Below are positions 49,641 to 62,084 of a DNA stretch of 64,000 nt, in pieces; the stretch's first letter is position 1; each line of letters begins with the position of its first letter. Location of the stretch: contig NC_091992.1 in the NCBI RefSeq assembly GCF_044704955.1, positions 63,674,001-63,738,000 of the forward strand, given 5' to 3'. The stretch is from Pristiophorus japonicus. Its lineage: Eukaryota. The notes beneath the pieces are model-generated. The model had not been told where the DNA came from. It worked only from the letters and a program-made list of their open reading frames with translations, and did no database searches. The position numbers and the translations under genes were made by a program.

Positions 49641-51166
49641 CTGGGAAGCAATAACCACAGACAGACACATCACTGCAATGGTGGATGTTGAATGAGGAAC
49701 AGGCTCAAGGAATCTGATAAAACAGAACGAGGGGACATTGTAAAGTTAAAACTAATGCAGTTCAGTTCTTCATACAAAAGGCCAAGAGTGTGGAACACGC
49801 TGTCCCCGAGGTGCTGGGTGCAGAATCAATTCAGGGATTTAAAGAAGGGAAATAGCAAGGGATAAAGGCAGAGAATGGGTATTAAAAGCATAAAAAGCGG
49901 AAGTGGCTAACAAATTGATCCAGCAAGAATGGTCTCATGCTGTTTCCATGTTGCTAAAAGGATTGGAACTATAAAAATATTGGATTATATCATAGTATAG
50001 AATCCCCCCCCCATAATCTTAATCTATAATTGTGAAAGTAAAGTAGTAACATGTCAGATACACCTCCAGCAATCACATCACTGTAGGAGACTGTCATTCC
50101 AGTGTGACAATTTACAGAGTTCCCATTGCAAGTGTGAACATTGGAATGTATAATGGGGAAAGTTGACAGGAAGTGTGCAGATGCAAGATTCTGAATACAT
50201 TACAGATAGATTATAACACACGCCAACTTTTATAACTTAGAATAGATTATAACACACTCTCCAAGAAAACAAAGGAAGAGTTTTAATACCATAATTTTTT
50301 TAAAATTATAAATAGGGGCTAGAAGCATGTTCCAGACCATTAACTGCTCTACAACCGTAGAACGTGTCAGTTATTAAACACAACTACACAAACAGCTGGC
50401 TTCACTAGGCTGTATCACCATCCAAGCTCTGGTACAGTATTGAGACAATCGCATCCATTCAGGTACCACAGGCTGCCACGTGAAATGAGATCAGAGGACG
50501 GGAATTCAATGTTTTTGAAAAAACTATTCAAGCACTACTACATTTTCCAATGAAACGATTATATTAAAGAGCAGAGCTATTAATGATTCACTGAGACCAT
50601 TAGCTGGATGATCACCGGCAGCAATTCTGAACTTTTCAGAAAGACACTGCTGCATTACAGCAACCCCAAATTATTACAATTTTATATTTACATTCTATTC
50701 TACTCCTATTTATTGAATTAGAATTACTCTAATCAGACAGCCCTTTGTGAAGTGATTGCTCTTCAAAATATAAGTGGTGACATTTTTGGACAAAATTGTA
50801 TCGCACTTTCAATAGTGCAGTGTAACTAAACACATCAAAACAGCAAAGTAACAATCTTAAATGTCATCAGTGAAATATCAAATTGGTGCTCAAGATCTTC
50901 TGACTAATTAAACATCATACTCTTATATAGATTCAATTAATACACAACTGGACTTTGTCATTATTTAAATATCTGCTACAGGACAGATCTGCTTGGATTG
51001 CTAAATTACTAAGAACAATGGCCTTGAACGTGTTCATATGCTCTTCCTTGGTTATTTCAGTGGAGGTGCTATCCCTGTTTATTTTAATATTTGCACCACA
51101 ATTTCAAAATCAAGAGATCAAAATATATAATTAGAACCTATCATAAGGATGTTCAGATTAACAAAC

Positions 51167-51355
51167 CTCTGCTAAACTCCCCTTCTTCCACAGTGATGGA
51201 AAATCTCTGTCCAGTGCTTTCAGAGCGCTCCATTCTTCTTCCATCACTTCTCGCACGAGAAACGACCTATTGAGGCTGCAGCTTGCATTCTCTCCCAAAT
51301 GCCTGTACTTGTCCAACAGCTTCGCCCGACTGTTCTTCAGTCTTTCCACACACCT
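51167..51355 (-). CDS. RPAIN: RPAIN exon 2
   Basis: RCVERLKNSRAKLLDKYRH...LVREVMEEEWSAL...; RPA-interacting N-terminal domain. Confidence 0.95.
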
Positions 51356-52229
51356 CTTACAGGGGAACATGGGAAATGAGAATCAATGAATAATCATTTC
51401 ACATTGCAAATCATCCAATTTAAACACAGATTGCAACACACCAGCAATCTTTCAGGGATACAGATCACAAAAATCTGTGAGAAGAATGAGAGTGTGCTGG
51501 ATTTTATAGCAATGCTACTAAGACTTAGAAAACTCTTCAAAAAGATCAGCTGTGATAATATACTTAAAAGATGACACCTCTAATATTTGGAAACTTTCCC
51601 CCTAGCGCTCTCCATCCCTTTGCTTGGGCTGTTGGTCATAAAAGGTGCTATATAAATGCAATTCTTTCTTTGGAAGATATCGACACCGGCTGGGCTCTGG
51701 TCCCTCGACTGTCCCATCACCAGCAAGTTACCGCAGCGGCCACTCCTGCCAGCCAGAGCCAGTGGTTATTCACAAATACAGTTGGGAAATTCTTATTTTA
51801 ACACATTCAAAATTAAAGATCTTGCATTTATAGAGTACTTTTCGTGACCTCAGGACGTCCCAAAGTGCTTTGAGCAAAGAAAATTCTTCCTAAATTATCT
51901 CCTCATTTACAACAATGCCAATCCTACCGTCTCATAAATCATGAAATTTGGTAGTTACTTTTTATTTAAATTAGTTACTTTTTAAAATTAAAACACCCAC
52001 TCTGACATTTGCTGCTGGACAGGACTGCATTTCGTGATCTTTGTTCCCAGAGAGGAAGCACATTCGGCCATCACTACTGACATAACAACAGAAAGAGGAG
52101 GTCATTGACCCGAAACGTTAACTTTGTTTCTCTCTCCAAAGATGTTGCCTGACCCGAAGTATTTCCAACATGTTGTGTTTTTAATTCAGATTTCCAGCCT
52201 CCGCAGTATTTTGCTCTTCTGGGAGGCAT

Positions 52230-52595
52230 AGGTGGATCATTGGCCTCTCTGTCGCATCACTCACATGCCGGCCTCGCTCTGCCTCTTCCAGTCCTACAAC
52301 TCGCAGAGATCTCTGCGCCTCCAATTCAGGACTCTTGCGCATTCCCAATTTGAATCGCGCCACCATTGACGGCTGTGCCTTCAGTTGCCTTGGTACCAAG
52401 CTCTTAAATTCCCTCCCTAAACCTCTCCATCTTTCTCTCCTCCTTTAATGATGCTCCATAAAACCTAGCCCTTTGACCAGGTCACCTGCCCTAATATCTC
52501 CTTAGGTGGCTCATTGTCAAATTCTGTTTGATAATTGCTCCTTTGAAGTGCCTTGGGACGTTTTATTATATTAAAGTAATTAAATACAAGTTATT
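52230..52595 (+). mobile_element. L2 3' tail
   Basis: ccaccattgacggctgtgccttcag...aattccctccctaaacctct...gccttgggacgttttatta. Confidence 0.75.
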
Positions 52596-52824
52596 GTTAT
52601 CAACTTCTCGTCAGTTCATTTCCTTCTTTTGAGATAACATAACCTGTAGGCCAGCGTTCAACTCTCTTTAATGTACCAGGAAACCACTGTAGACCAGGAA
52701 AGATTGAAATTAGGTGTTAAAATGGCTGGTAATTTATTGAAAGATGTTTTTGATTGTAGCACAAACATATAAACCCATGTAGCAGCAATGGCAATAGTCC
52801 AACTGCACATGTAGTATTTTGCAG
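52580..52824. repeat. ~250-bp segment with an inverted copy at 60927-61180
   Basis: direct comparison, about 90% identity by eye; both ORF-track translations share CSWTIAIAATWVY.FVLQ..NKLPA.LT.NFNLSWSTVV. Confidence 0.9.
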
Positions 52825-52854
52825 TCAATATGTTCTTATTTCTGCAAATAATAG

Positions 52855-53170
52855 TGTAAGAAATAGGAGCAGTAGGCGGCCACTTGGCCCCTTGAGCCTT
52901 CTCCGCCATTTAATAAGATCATGACTGATCTGGTCATGGACTCAGCTCCACTTCCCTGCCCGCTCCCCATAACCCTTTACTCCCTTAATCGCTCAAAAAT
53001 GTGTCTATCTCCACCTTAAACATATTCAATGACCCAGCCTCCACAGCTCTCTGGGACAGAAAATTCCTTGGATTTACAACCCTCAGAAGAAATTCCTCCT
53101 CATCTCAGTTTATTATTCTGAGACTATGTCCCCTAGTTTTAGTTTCCCCTATGAGTGCAAATATCCTCTC
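52855..53170 (-). mobile_element. CR1 3' tail fragment
   Basis: aagaaataggagcagtagg...ctcagctccacttccctgcccgctccccataaccc. Confidence 0.8.
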
Positions 53171-53286
53171 TCCGGGCCCCTCCATCCTGCCCCCTCCGCT
53201 CCCTGACCCCAACCCCCCTGCTCCCTGACCCCGGGCCCTGCCGCTCCCTGGCCCCGACCCCGCTACTCCCTGACCCCGCCGCTCAC

Positions 53287-53358
53287 CTTCCTGTAGGTCT
53301 CCTTCCAGGGGACGGTGCTGCCCTTGTACAGAGCTCTGTGCCTGGAATCTGCTTCCAT
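53287..53358 (-). CDS. RPAIN: RPAIN (RPA-interacting protein) exon 1
   Basis: MEADSRHRALYKGSTVPWKETYRK followed by gtgag; the seven exons sum to 678 nt in frame (225 aa plus stop). Confidence 0.94.
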
Positions 53359-53707
53359 CGCCTCAGTGCGGAGCTGTGTCCCTGTCTGTGTCCCTGTCCC
53401 TGTCCCTGTCCCTGTCCCGGTCCCGGTCCCGGTCCGTCCCCCGGCGGCGGCTGCCTGGAGCCGGAGCTCAGCCACCAATCGGCGTCATTCCCCGCTCCCA
53501 GCAACCTACACTTGCGCACTAGCGCCTGGGCGCATGCGGACTAAGTTGCGGGCGGGTGCGTGTTGTGCGCAAGCGCGCTGCCCGGCCCCCCCTACTGGCT
53601 GGCGGTTATAGTGACGCGCTGGGCGGGTTGTGCGCAGGCGCGCTGGCCGGCCCCCCACTGGCTGGCGGGTATAGTGACGCGTTGCGGGCCGGGCCAGGCG
53701 GTTGAAG
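53359..53707. promoter_or_regulatory. RPAIN/NUP88 bidirectional CpG-island promoter
   Basis: ATGs are 350 bp apart on opposite strands; NRF1-type GCGCAnGCG motifs at ~53530, 53566 and 53631; GC boxes; duplicated ~63-bp unit. Confidence 0.8.
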
Positions 53708-53914
53708 ATGGCCGAGATGTGTGAGCGCTGGTGGGGTGGCCTCCTCAAACACCCGCTCTTTGATCGGCTCAAGAGGGCCCAGGGGCGAGCGGACGAGCCG
53801 GCCAAGAATCTCACCTTCTGCCTGGACGGGGACATCTTCTTCTGGGACGGCGCCGAGAGCGTGTTTCACACCACCAACCTCAAGTTCCTCAACTCCGGCA
53901 TCAACTCGCACCAG
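53708..53914 (+). CDS. NUP88: NUP88 exon 1
   Basis: MAEMCERWWGGLLKHPLFDRLK...KNLTFCLDGDIFFWDG...NSHQ followed by gtaccg. Confidence 0.9.
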
Positions 53915-54314
53915 GTACCGGCCGCGGCTCCCGGGGGGAGAGGGAGAGGGAGAGGAACAGGGACAGGAATAGGCCATTCACTTAGATCACGGCTGAACTG
54001 TACCTTAACTCCATTTACCTTATTTTGCTCCAGATCCCTTGATACCGTTATCTAACCAGAATCTGCCAATCTCAATTTTGAAAGCTCCAATTGACTGCCA
54101 GCTTTTTTGGAAGAGAGAGTTCCAGATTTCTCAGTCAGAAGGTTGTAGGTTCAAGTTCCACTCCTGAGGGAGTGCAGTCCTGAGCGAGTGCTGTATTGTT
54201 GGTTTGAGTCTCATCCTCCCACATCCCAGTCTGGCCCCTCGGGTGGATGTAAGCGATCCCATAACACTATTTGAAGAAGAGCAGGAGCCCTGGTGTCCTG
54301 GCCAATATTTCATC

Positions 54315-54885
54315 ATCATAGGCAGTCCCTCGAAATCGACTTGTTTCCACTCCAAAAGTGAGTTCTCAGGTAGCTGTACAGTCCAATATGGGAATTACAG
54401 TCTCTGTCACAGGAAAGGGTGGGTGGGCAGTCTGGTTTGCCGCACACTCCTTCCACTGCCTGCGTTTGGTTTTTGCATGCTCTCGGCGATGAGATTCGGG
54501 GTGCTCAGTGCCCTCCCAGATGCTCTTTCTCTACTTAGGGTGGTCTTTGGCCAGGGACTCTCAGGTGTCGGTGGGGATGTTGCACTTTATCAAGGAGGCT
54601 TTGAGAGTGTCCTTGAAATACTGGCTTGCCGTTTAGGAGTTCAGAGTAGAGCGCTTGCTTTGGGAGTCTTGTGTCAGGTATGCGAATAATGTGGCCCGCC
54701 CAATGGAGCTGGTTGAGTGTGGTCAGTGCTTCGATGCTGGGGATGTTGGCCTGATCAAGAACACTAACGTCTATCCTCCCAGGGGATTTGCAGGATCTTG
54801 CGGAGACATCGTTGGTGGTATTTCTCCAGCAATTTAAGGTGTCTACTGTATATGGTCCATGTCTCTACAGGAGGGCAGATATCAC
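54315..54885 (-). mobile_element. RTE-clade LINE 3' fragment inserted in a DeuSINE
   Basis: (GAT)n tail at 54310-54320; homologous to 62085-63090; SINE halves at 54130-54310 and 54890-55075. Confidence 0.8.
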
Positions 54886-55854
54886 TACAGCCAATATTTA
54901 TCCCTCAACCAATATCACTAAAACAGATTATCTGGTCATTATCACATTGCTGTTTGTGGGAGCTTGCTGTGTGCAATTTCCCACATTACAACACTGCACA
55001 ATGTACTTAATTGGCTGTAAAGTGCTTGAGATGTCCTAAGGTCGTAAAAGGCGTTATATAAATGGCAAGACTTTCTATTTCTGTACCCAAATCCCCTTGT
55101 TCTGCATTTCTCCCGGTTGACTTTTGCAGAAAAATGGCGGGTTGATTGCGGTAAAAAAATATTTAAAGCACAGCAAAATCATTATTAGCCAGAGCAATGT
55201 TTTGTGGAGACGACGCTCCCTTTTATTTTGCTATGTTTGTCGTCACTCCTTTCTTACAAATGTGCATACATGGATGGGTGGACAGTGAACATGGGTTGAC
55301 ATCTGCGAAGTAATTCTGCAAAGCAGTATTGTCACAGGGTTTTTGCCAGGATTAAAATCTCTGTTTGTGATTAAGTAAACTGTGGATCTGCAATAGATAT
55401 GTTTCATATATTGTTCCTTGTGTCCTTCCACCTCAAAGGGAGGCAGTTCTGGGGCTGATTCTAATCAGTATGCATCGACTTTAAAACCAAATCATTGTCA
55501 CTGCTTAGATGATTCTTGGGACTCCGATCTGAATGCAGATCAGTTTGGGGCAAAAGTCCCATCTGTCTGGTGTAATAAATGTGGACAGTTTTACCTGACT
55601 TCCCAGAGGCCGAGAGGATACGGTGCCCATAATTAAAGTGGCTTCTGTGGGGAAATAGAAATGTCCTGATGGTACAATAATAGGTACCGTTCTAGCATTG
55701 GGTGGGGGGTGGGGAGGGGTGGGGAGGGGTGGTGGTGGTAACAATTTATGTGCCATTGGAGATTTCACTTGCCACATTTGTTGTTTATGAAGTCCTTTTT
55801 AAGATGTAGCTTCACGCCATAAATGTTTAACTTGTTTCCTTTGTTCGCCTGCAG

Positions 55855-56024
55855 ATGTTACTATGTATAAACCCACCTTTGTTTGAAGTTAATGAAGTTC
55901 TGCTAAGTCCAGCGCAGCATCATGTGCTACTGATTGGAACCAAAGGACTGATGGTGTTGGAGCTGCCACAGCGATGGGGCAAGAGGTCAGCGTTCGAGGG
56001 TGGAAAATCCAAGATCAATTGTCT
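55855..56024 (+). CDS. NUP88: NUP88 exon 2
   Basis: [56 protein letters not shown]; ctgcag acceptor, gtgagt donor; 170 nt. Confidence 0.96.
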
Positions 56025-56209
56025 GTGAGTCTCTGCTTGATTCTTTTGTCGTCCTAATTTGGCTCCTTTTTGAAGAAGTGAAACCACATAAAATAAAGGC
56101 ATTCGGTGTTCATCATGGTCCGCCACTTCATGGAAAATAATTGAGTGCAGAATTTTATACTCTGCTGAAGTTCTATGATGAATAGAGAGAATATCCAGAG
56201 CACAACATG

Positions 56210-56475
56210 CGAACAAAAGCAAAATACTGCGGATGCTGGAAATCCTAAATAAACAGTCAATGCTGGAAACACTCAGCGGGTCAGGCAGCATCTGGGGAGA
56301 GAGAAACACAGTTAACGTTTCAGGTCGATGACCTTTTGTCAGTACTGGAAAAAGTTAGAAATGTAAGTTTTAAGCAAGTGCAGAAGCAGGAAAAGAGGAT
56401 GGGAGGAAAGAACAAAGGGTGGAAGGCAGGAGAAATTAAATGACATGTAACGATGATGTCGGGCAGAGGGAGATA
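56210..56475 (-). mobile_element. Penelope-like terminal repeat
   Basis: aaaagcaaaatactgcggatgctggaaat...gttaacgtttcaggtcgatgacc, same family as 3975-4075. Confidence 0.65.
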
Positions 56476-57189
56476 AACATAAGAATTGGAGCAGTAGGCC
56501 ATTCGGCCCCTCGAGCCTGCTCCACTATTCAGTGAGATCATGGCTGATCTTCGACCTCAACTCCACTTTCCTGCCTGCTCCCCATATCCCTTGATTCCCT
56601 TAATATCCAAAACTCCATCGATCTCAGCCTTGAATATACTCAATGACTGAGCCTCCACAGCCCTCTGGGGTAGAGAATTCCAAAGATTCACACCCTCTAA
56701 GTGAAATTTATTTTCTCATCTCAGTCTGAAATGGCCAACCCCTTATCCTGAGACTGTGTCCCCTGGTTCTGGACTCCTTAGCCAGAGGAAACATCCTCCC
56801 TGCATTTACTTTGTTGGGGCCCTCTGGGGGGGGGGGGGGTAGAAATAGAGTGCTGGGGAGGGAGTGGCGGGGAAAACCAGTTGTGAGGAGGACACAAAGC
56901 GGATAGTGTATACAGTTCGATTTATTTAGTTATCAATTCATTTCCACAGTTCACCCTTCACAAAAGTCACCCAATGAAATTTGCTGGGACAGTTTTTCTT
57001 TTCTAAGAGGACATTGCAAACATCCAATTGGAATTACCATCAAAAAAAGTAACAATGTAATGAACCTTGTCTGAGAAATAGTCCTTTCTGATCTTTAGCT
57101 TTCATCCAAACTCGATTAATTAGTTTCTCTCTCCACCTCCCTTTATCCCAGTTTACATTATATAATGTTTGAGAAATGACATAGATCTT

Positions 57190-60145
57190 GGATCTGGTAC
57201 TGAGTAATGAGACAGGATTAATAAATGATCTCACAGTAAAGGATCCTCTAGGAAAGAGTGATCACAGCATGGATAAATTTCAAATTCAGTTGGAGGGTGA
57301 GAAAGTTGGGTCTCAAACCAGTGTCCTAAGCTTAAATATGAAACATAGAAAATAGGTTCAGGAGTAGGCCATTCGGCCCTTCGCGCCTGCACCGTCATTC
57401 AATGAGTTCATGGCTGAACATGCAACTTCAGTACCCCATTCCTGCTTTCTCGCCATACCCCTTGATCCCCGTAGTAGTAAGGACTACATCTAACTCCTTT
57501 TTGAATATATTTAGTGAATTGGCCTCAACAACTTTCTGTGGTAGAGAATTCCACCGGTTCACCACTCTCTGGGTGAAGAAGTTTCTCCTCATCTCGATCC
57601 TAAATGGCTTACCCCTTATCCTTAGACTGTGACCCCCTGGTTCTGGACTTCCCCAACATTGGGAACATTCTTCCTGCATCTAACCTGTCTAACCCCGTCA
57701 GAATTTTAAACGTTTCTATGAGATCCCCTCTCATTCTTCTGAACTCCAGTGAATACAAGCCCAGTTGATCCAGTCTTTCTTGATATGTCAGTCCCACCAT
57801 CCCGGGAATCAGTCTGGTGAACCTTCGCTGCACTCCCTCAATAGCAAGAATGTCCTTCCTCAAGTTAGGAGACCAAAACTGTACACAATACTCCAGGTGT
57901 GGCCTCACCAAGGCCCTGTACAACTGTAGTAACACCTCCCTGCCCCTGTACTCAAATCCCCTCGCTATGAATGCCAACATGCCATTTGCTTTCTTAACCG
58001 CCTGCTGTACCTGCATGCCAACCTTCAATGACTGATGTACCATGACACCCAGGTCTCGCTGCACCTCCCCTTTTCCTAATCTGTCACCATTCAGATAATA
58101 GTCTGTGTCTCTGTTTTTACCACCAAAGTGGATAACCTCACATTTATCCACATTATACTTCATCTGCCATGCATTTGCCCACTCACCTAACCTATCCAAA
58201 TCACTCTGCAGCCTCATAGCATCCTCTTCGCAGCTCACACTGCCACCCAACTTAGTGTCATCCGCAAATTTGGAGATACTACATTTAATCCCCTCGTCTA
58301 AATCACTAATATACAATGTAAACAGCTGGGGCCCCAGCACAGAACCTTGCAGTACCTGCCATTCTGAAAAGTACCCATTTACTCCTACTCTTTGCTTCCT
58401 GTCTGCCAAGGCAGAGTTAGCTAAAGTGGACTGGGAAAATAGATTAAAATGTAAGATGGTTAATGAGCAGTGTCAGACATTTAAGGAGATATTTCAAAAC
58501 TGTCAACAAAAATATGTTCCAGTGATCAGGAACGACTTTGAGAAGGGAGAACCATCCGTGGCTAACTAAGGAAGTAAAAGGAGGTATCAAATTGAAAACA
58601 ATGTTGCCAAGATTAGTGGGAGGCCAGAGGATTGGGAACTTTTTAAGGGATGACAAAAAAAATAATAATGGGAGAGAAGATGGATTATGAGAGTAAACTA
58701 GCAAGAAATATACAGATAGGAAGAGCTTCTACAGGTATATAAAAAGGTAGCTAAAGTAAACACTGGGCCCTTAGAGGATGAGATTGGGGAATTAATAATG
58801 GGGAACAGGGGAAATGACAGAGACTTTGAACAAATATTTTGTATCTGTCTTCACAGTAGAAGACACTTAAAACATCTCAATAATCAAGGGCTATAGAGAG
58901 GGGGCAACTTAAAACAATCACTAAAGAAAAGTACTCTAAAATAATGGGATTAAAGATGGACATGTCCTCTGAATCATGATGGTCTACATCCTAGGGTCTT
59001 AAAAGAAGTGGGGATAAGGGAGAACCAGTGGATGTGTGCATTTGGATTTCCAGAAGGCATTTGATAAGGTGCCACATAAAAGGTTTCTGCACAAGATATA
59101 AGCTATGGAGTTGGGTAGAGGATTAGCTAACTCTCAGAAAACCGAGAGCCTGGATAAATGGGTCACTTTCCAGTTGGCAAACGGTAACTAATGGGGTGCC
59201 ACAAGGATCTGTGCTGGGCCCTCAACTATTTCCAATCTATATTAATGACTTGGATGAAGGGACTAAGTATAATGTAGCCAAGTTTGCTGATGATGCAAAG
59301 ATAGTTGGCAAAGCAAATTGTGAGGAGGACACAAAGAATCTGCAAAGGGATATAGACAGGTTAAGTGAGTTTGCAAACATTTGGCAGATGGAGTATAATG
59401 TGGGAAAGTGTGAGGTTATCCACTTTGGCAGGAAAAATAAAAAAGCAAATTATTATTTAAATGGAGAGAAATTACAAAATGTTGCAGTACAGAGGGACCT
59501 GGGGGTCCTTGTGCATGAAACACAAAAAGTTAGTATGCAGGTACAGCAAGTAATCAGGAAGACAAATGGAATGTTGGCTTTTATTGCAAGAGGGATAGAG
59601 TATAAAAGCAGAGAAGTCCTAGAGTACTGCATACAGTTTTGGTCTCCGTATTTAAGGAAGGATATACTTTCATTCGAGGCAGTTCAGAGAAGGTTCACAA
59701 GGTTGATTCCTGAGATGAAGGGGTTGACTTATGAAGACAGGTTGAGTAGGTTGGGCTTATATTCATTGGAGTTTAGAAGAATGGAAGGTGATCTTATTGA
59801 AAGATATAAGATTCTGAGGGGTGTCGACAAGGTAGATGCAGAGAGGATGTTTCCACTCGGCGGGGGAATCTAGAACTAAGGGGCATAGTTTAAGAATAAG
59901 GGGCTGCCCATTTAGAACTGAGTTGAGGAGGAATTTCTTCTCTGAGGGTTGTAAATCTGTGGAATTCTCTGCCCCAGAGAGCTGTGAAGGTGGAGATAGA
60001 CAGATTTTTGAGCGACATGGGAATAAAGGGTTATGGGAGCAGACAGGGAAGTGGAGCTGAGTCCATGATCAGATCAGCCATGATCTTATTAAATGGCGGA
60101 GCAGACTCGAGGGGCCAAATGGCCGCTCCTGCTCCTATTTCTTAT
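57190..60145 (+). mobile_element. CR1 ORF2 (57190-57338 and 58408-60145) interrupted by an antisense young CR1
   Basis: collinear with 40470-41990; ORF 59196..59873 carries RT motifs. Confidence 0.85.
57339..58407 (-). mobile_element. young 5'-truncated CR1
   Basis: ORF 57609..58409 nearly identical to the 13932..15875 C-terminus. Confidence 0.92.
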
Positions 60146-60149
60146 AAAT

Positions 60150-60500
60150 GGGGGGAGTGGGGTCAGGGAGTTTTGAGTCTCAGGAAGTGGCAGTGACTTG
60201 GGGATGGCAGTGGTGGGGGGAGGGGGGAAGGGAGGGAGAGAGAGTGGGGTCAGGTAGTGACTGGGAGAGCGGGGTCAGAGAGTGACTGGGGGATGGCAGT
60301 GGGGTCAGTGAGTGACTGGGGGAGCAGGGTCAGTGAGTGACTGGGGGATGGGGAGCAGGGTCAGTGAGTGACTGGGGGATGGCAGTGGGGTTAGTGAGTG
60401 ACTGGGGGAGCAGGGTCAGTGAGTGACTGGGGGATGGCAGTGGGGTCAGGGAGTGACTGGGGGAGCGGGGTCAGTGAGTGACTGGGGGATGGCAGCAGTG
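60150..60500. repeat. G-rich minisatellite (gggtcagtgagtgactggggg + atggcagtg/agca)
   Basis: about 10 tandem variants of 26-31 bp. Confidence 0.9.
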
Positions 60501-60926
60501 AGCACCTTTTTAAATTAGCACGGGTGGCCGGGCCCAAACCCCGCGTGGGCCTGAAGTAGCTGGGCATATCGCGCTCCCTCCTGGAGCCAGCCGTTGAAGA
60601 GTGTTTGCCGTTGCCCGGTCAAGCGGCTTAATGGCAGGGGGAGGGTCTCCAGGCTGTTGGAGATGAAAGGGGTTGATGAGTTCAGCAGGTGTCCTGCTCG
60701 CCTCCCCCATTTCATGGGGTGGGGATGTGGGGTGCGGTCTTAAGTGCACTCGGTATCGTGCCAACTCTATGGTGTGATGGGAATGTCGTGATTTATTGAG
60801 GTTGATTGACTAGTGTATGCAGTCAGGGACACCAGTCACTGCAAACATGGGATAATGTCAGCTTCCACACAATTAACTGTCTTCTCAGTGTTAAAACCTG
60901 CAATTTCTTCAAATAATAGTCTACCC

Positions 60927-61180
60927 GCTGCAAAATTCTACATATGCAGTTGGACTATTGCCATTGCTGCTACATGGGTTTATATATTTGTGCTACAAGC
61001 AATAACATCTGCCAATAAATTACCAGCCACTTTAACAACTAATTTCAATCTTTCCTGGTCTACAGTAGTTTAATTACACTGGTACATTGGAGAGAGTTGA
61101 ACACTGGCCTACAGGTTATGATATCTCAAAGAAGAAAATGAACTGACCAGAAGTCGATAACAATAACTTGTATTTAAATA
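60927..61180. repeat. inverted copy of 52580-52824
   Basis: direct reverse-complement comparison. Confidence 0.9.
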
Positions 61181-61584
61181 GCACCTTTAAGTCTTGTCAA
61201 TTTTAAGTCTCGTTTAATTAAATGGTTGCAATAATTAAATCTGGTCACGCCACCTCTCTATCAAATATACTTTATGAAATGTGTCAATTCAGATTATGTC
61301 AACAGGCTAAAATATTTTCAAAAGATATCTCTGAAAAGTTTAAATAGAATCCCATCCTGCTCATGCTTCAATTTTGTGGCTTTATCTGAACAAAGACAGT
61401 GTAGTAACTGCTTGAAATACTTTCCAGTCTCTGTGTACATGTTTGTGGATTCAGTTCACTGTGCTGAGAGGGAGAGAAAGAACAATGCTCATTAAAATTA
61501 AGATATTTATATTCTGTTTAATAGTTTATTACAAAGGACAAAAGATTGTGGATGCTAAGCTGATTATTTTTTTTGGATTTACAG

Positions 61585-61710
61585 CACGGTTCCTATAGCA
61601 GAAAGATTCTTTACTAGTTCGACATCGCTGACACTGAGACATGCTGCTTGGTACCCCAGTGAAACCGAGGAGCCACATGTTGTCGTGTTGACCTCTGATA
61701 ATACTATGAG
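61585..61710 (+). CDS. NUP88: NUP88 exon 3
   Basis: [41 protein letters not shown]; tacag acceptor, gtact donor; 126 nt. Confidence 0.96.
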
Positions 61711-62084
61711 GTACTGAATCTGCGGTCGCTAGAAAGCCTAAACTAACAATATAAAGCCTTTACCAACCATCGGAAGAAAGATCTTCATTCCATCTTTTAG
61801 GAATGAGCCGTTTCTTATTTAGCAGCGCTCCACTTTTTTCCCCTCCTTCACAAGCAGTTTGAAATTTCATTGCAAATTCAGATCAGACTGATTAGATCCT
61901 GTGTGTACATTCATTTGCCAGTGCACTGGCTAGTGGGCATGGACCTACAGCATAAAACTGCACCAGTTTTTCATTTAAGTTGGTGTAATAGAAAAATATC
62001 TCACTGCTACAGCAGGAGGTTCTCTCAAGCTTGGGACAAAAGCAGATTATTGAGACAGGAGGTTTACTCTGCATTGAACCATTA

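Noticed and set aside
53263-53478. RPAIN N-terminal extension with GT dipeptide repeat
   Set aside because: The ORF starts at a non-ATG codon; homology begins at ATG 53358, so the repeat is treated as 5' leader
60813-61073. conserved small protein shared with ORF 52658..52909
   Set aside because: Similarity follows from the DNA duplication; starts and lengths differ and no splice or codon evidence supports coding
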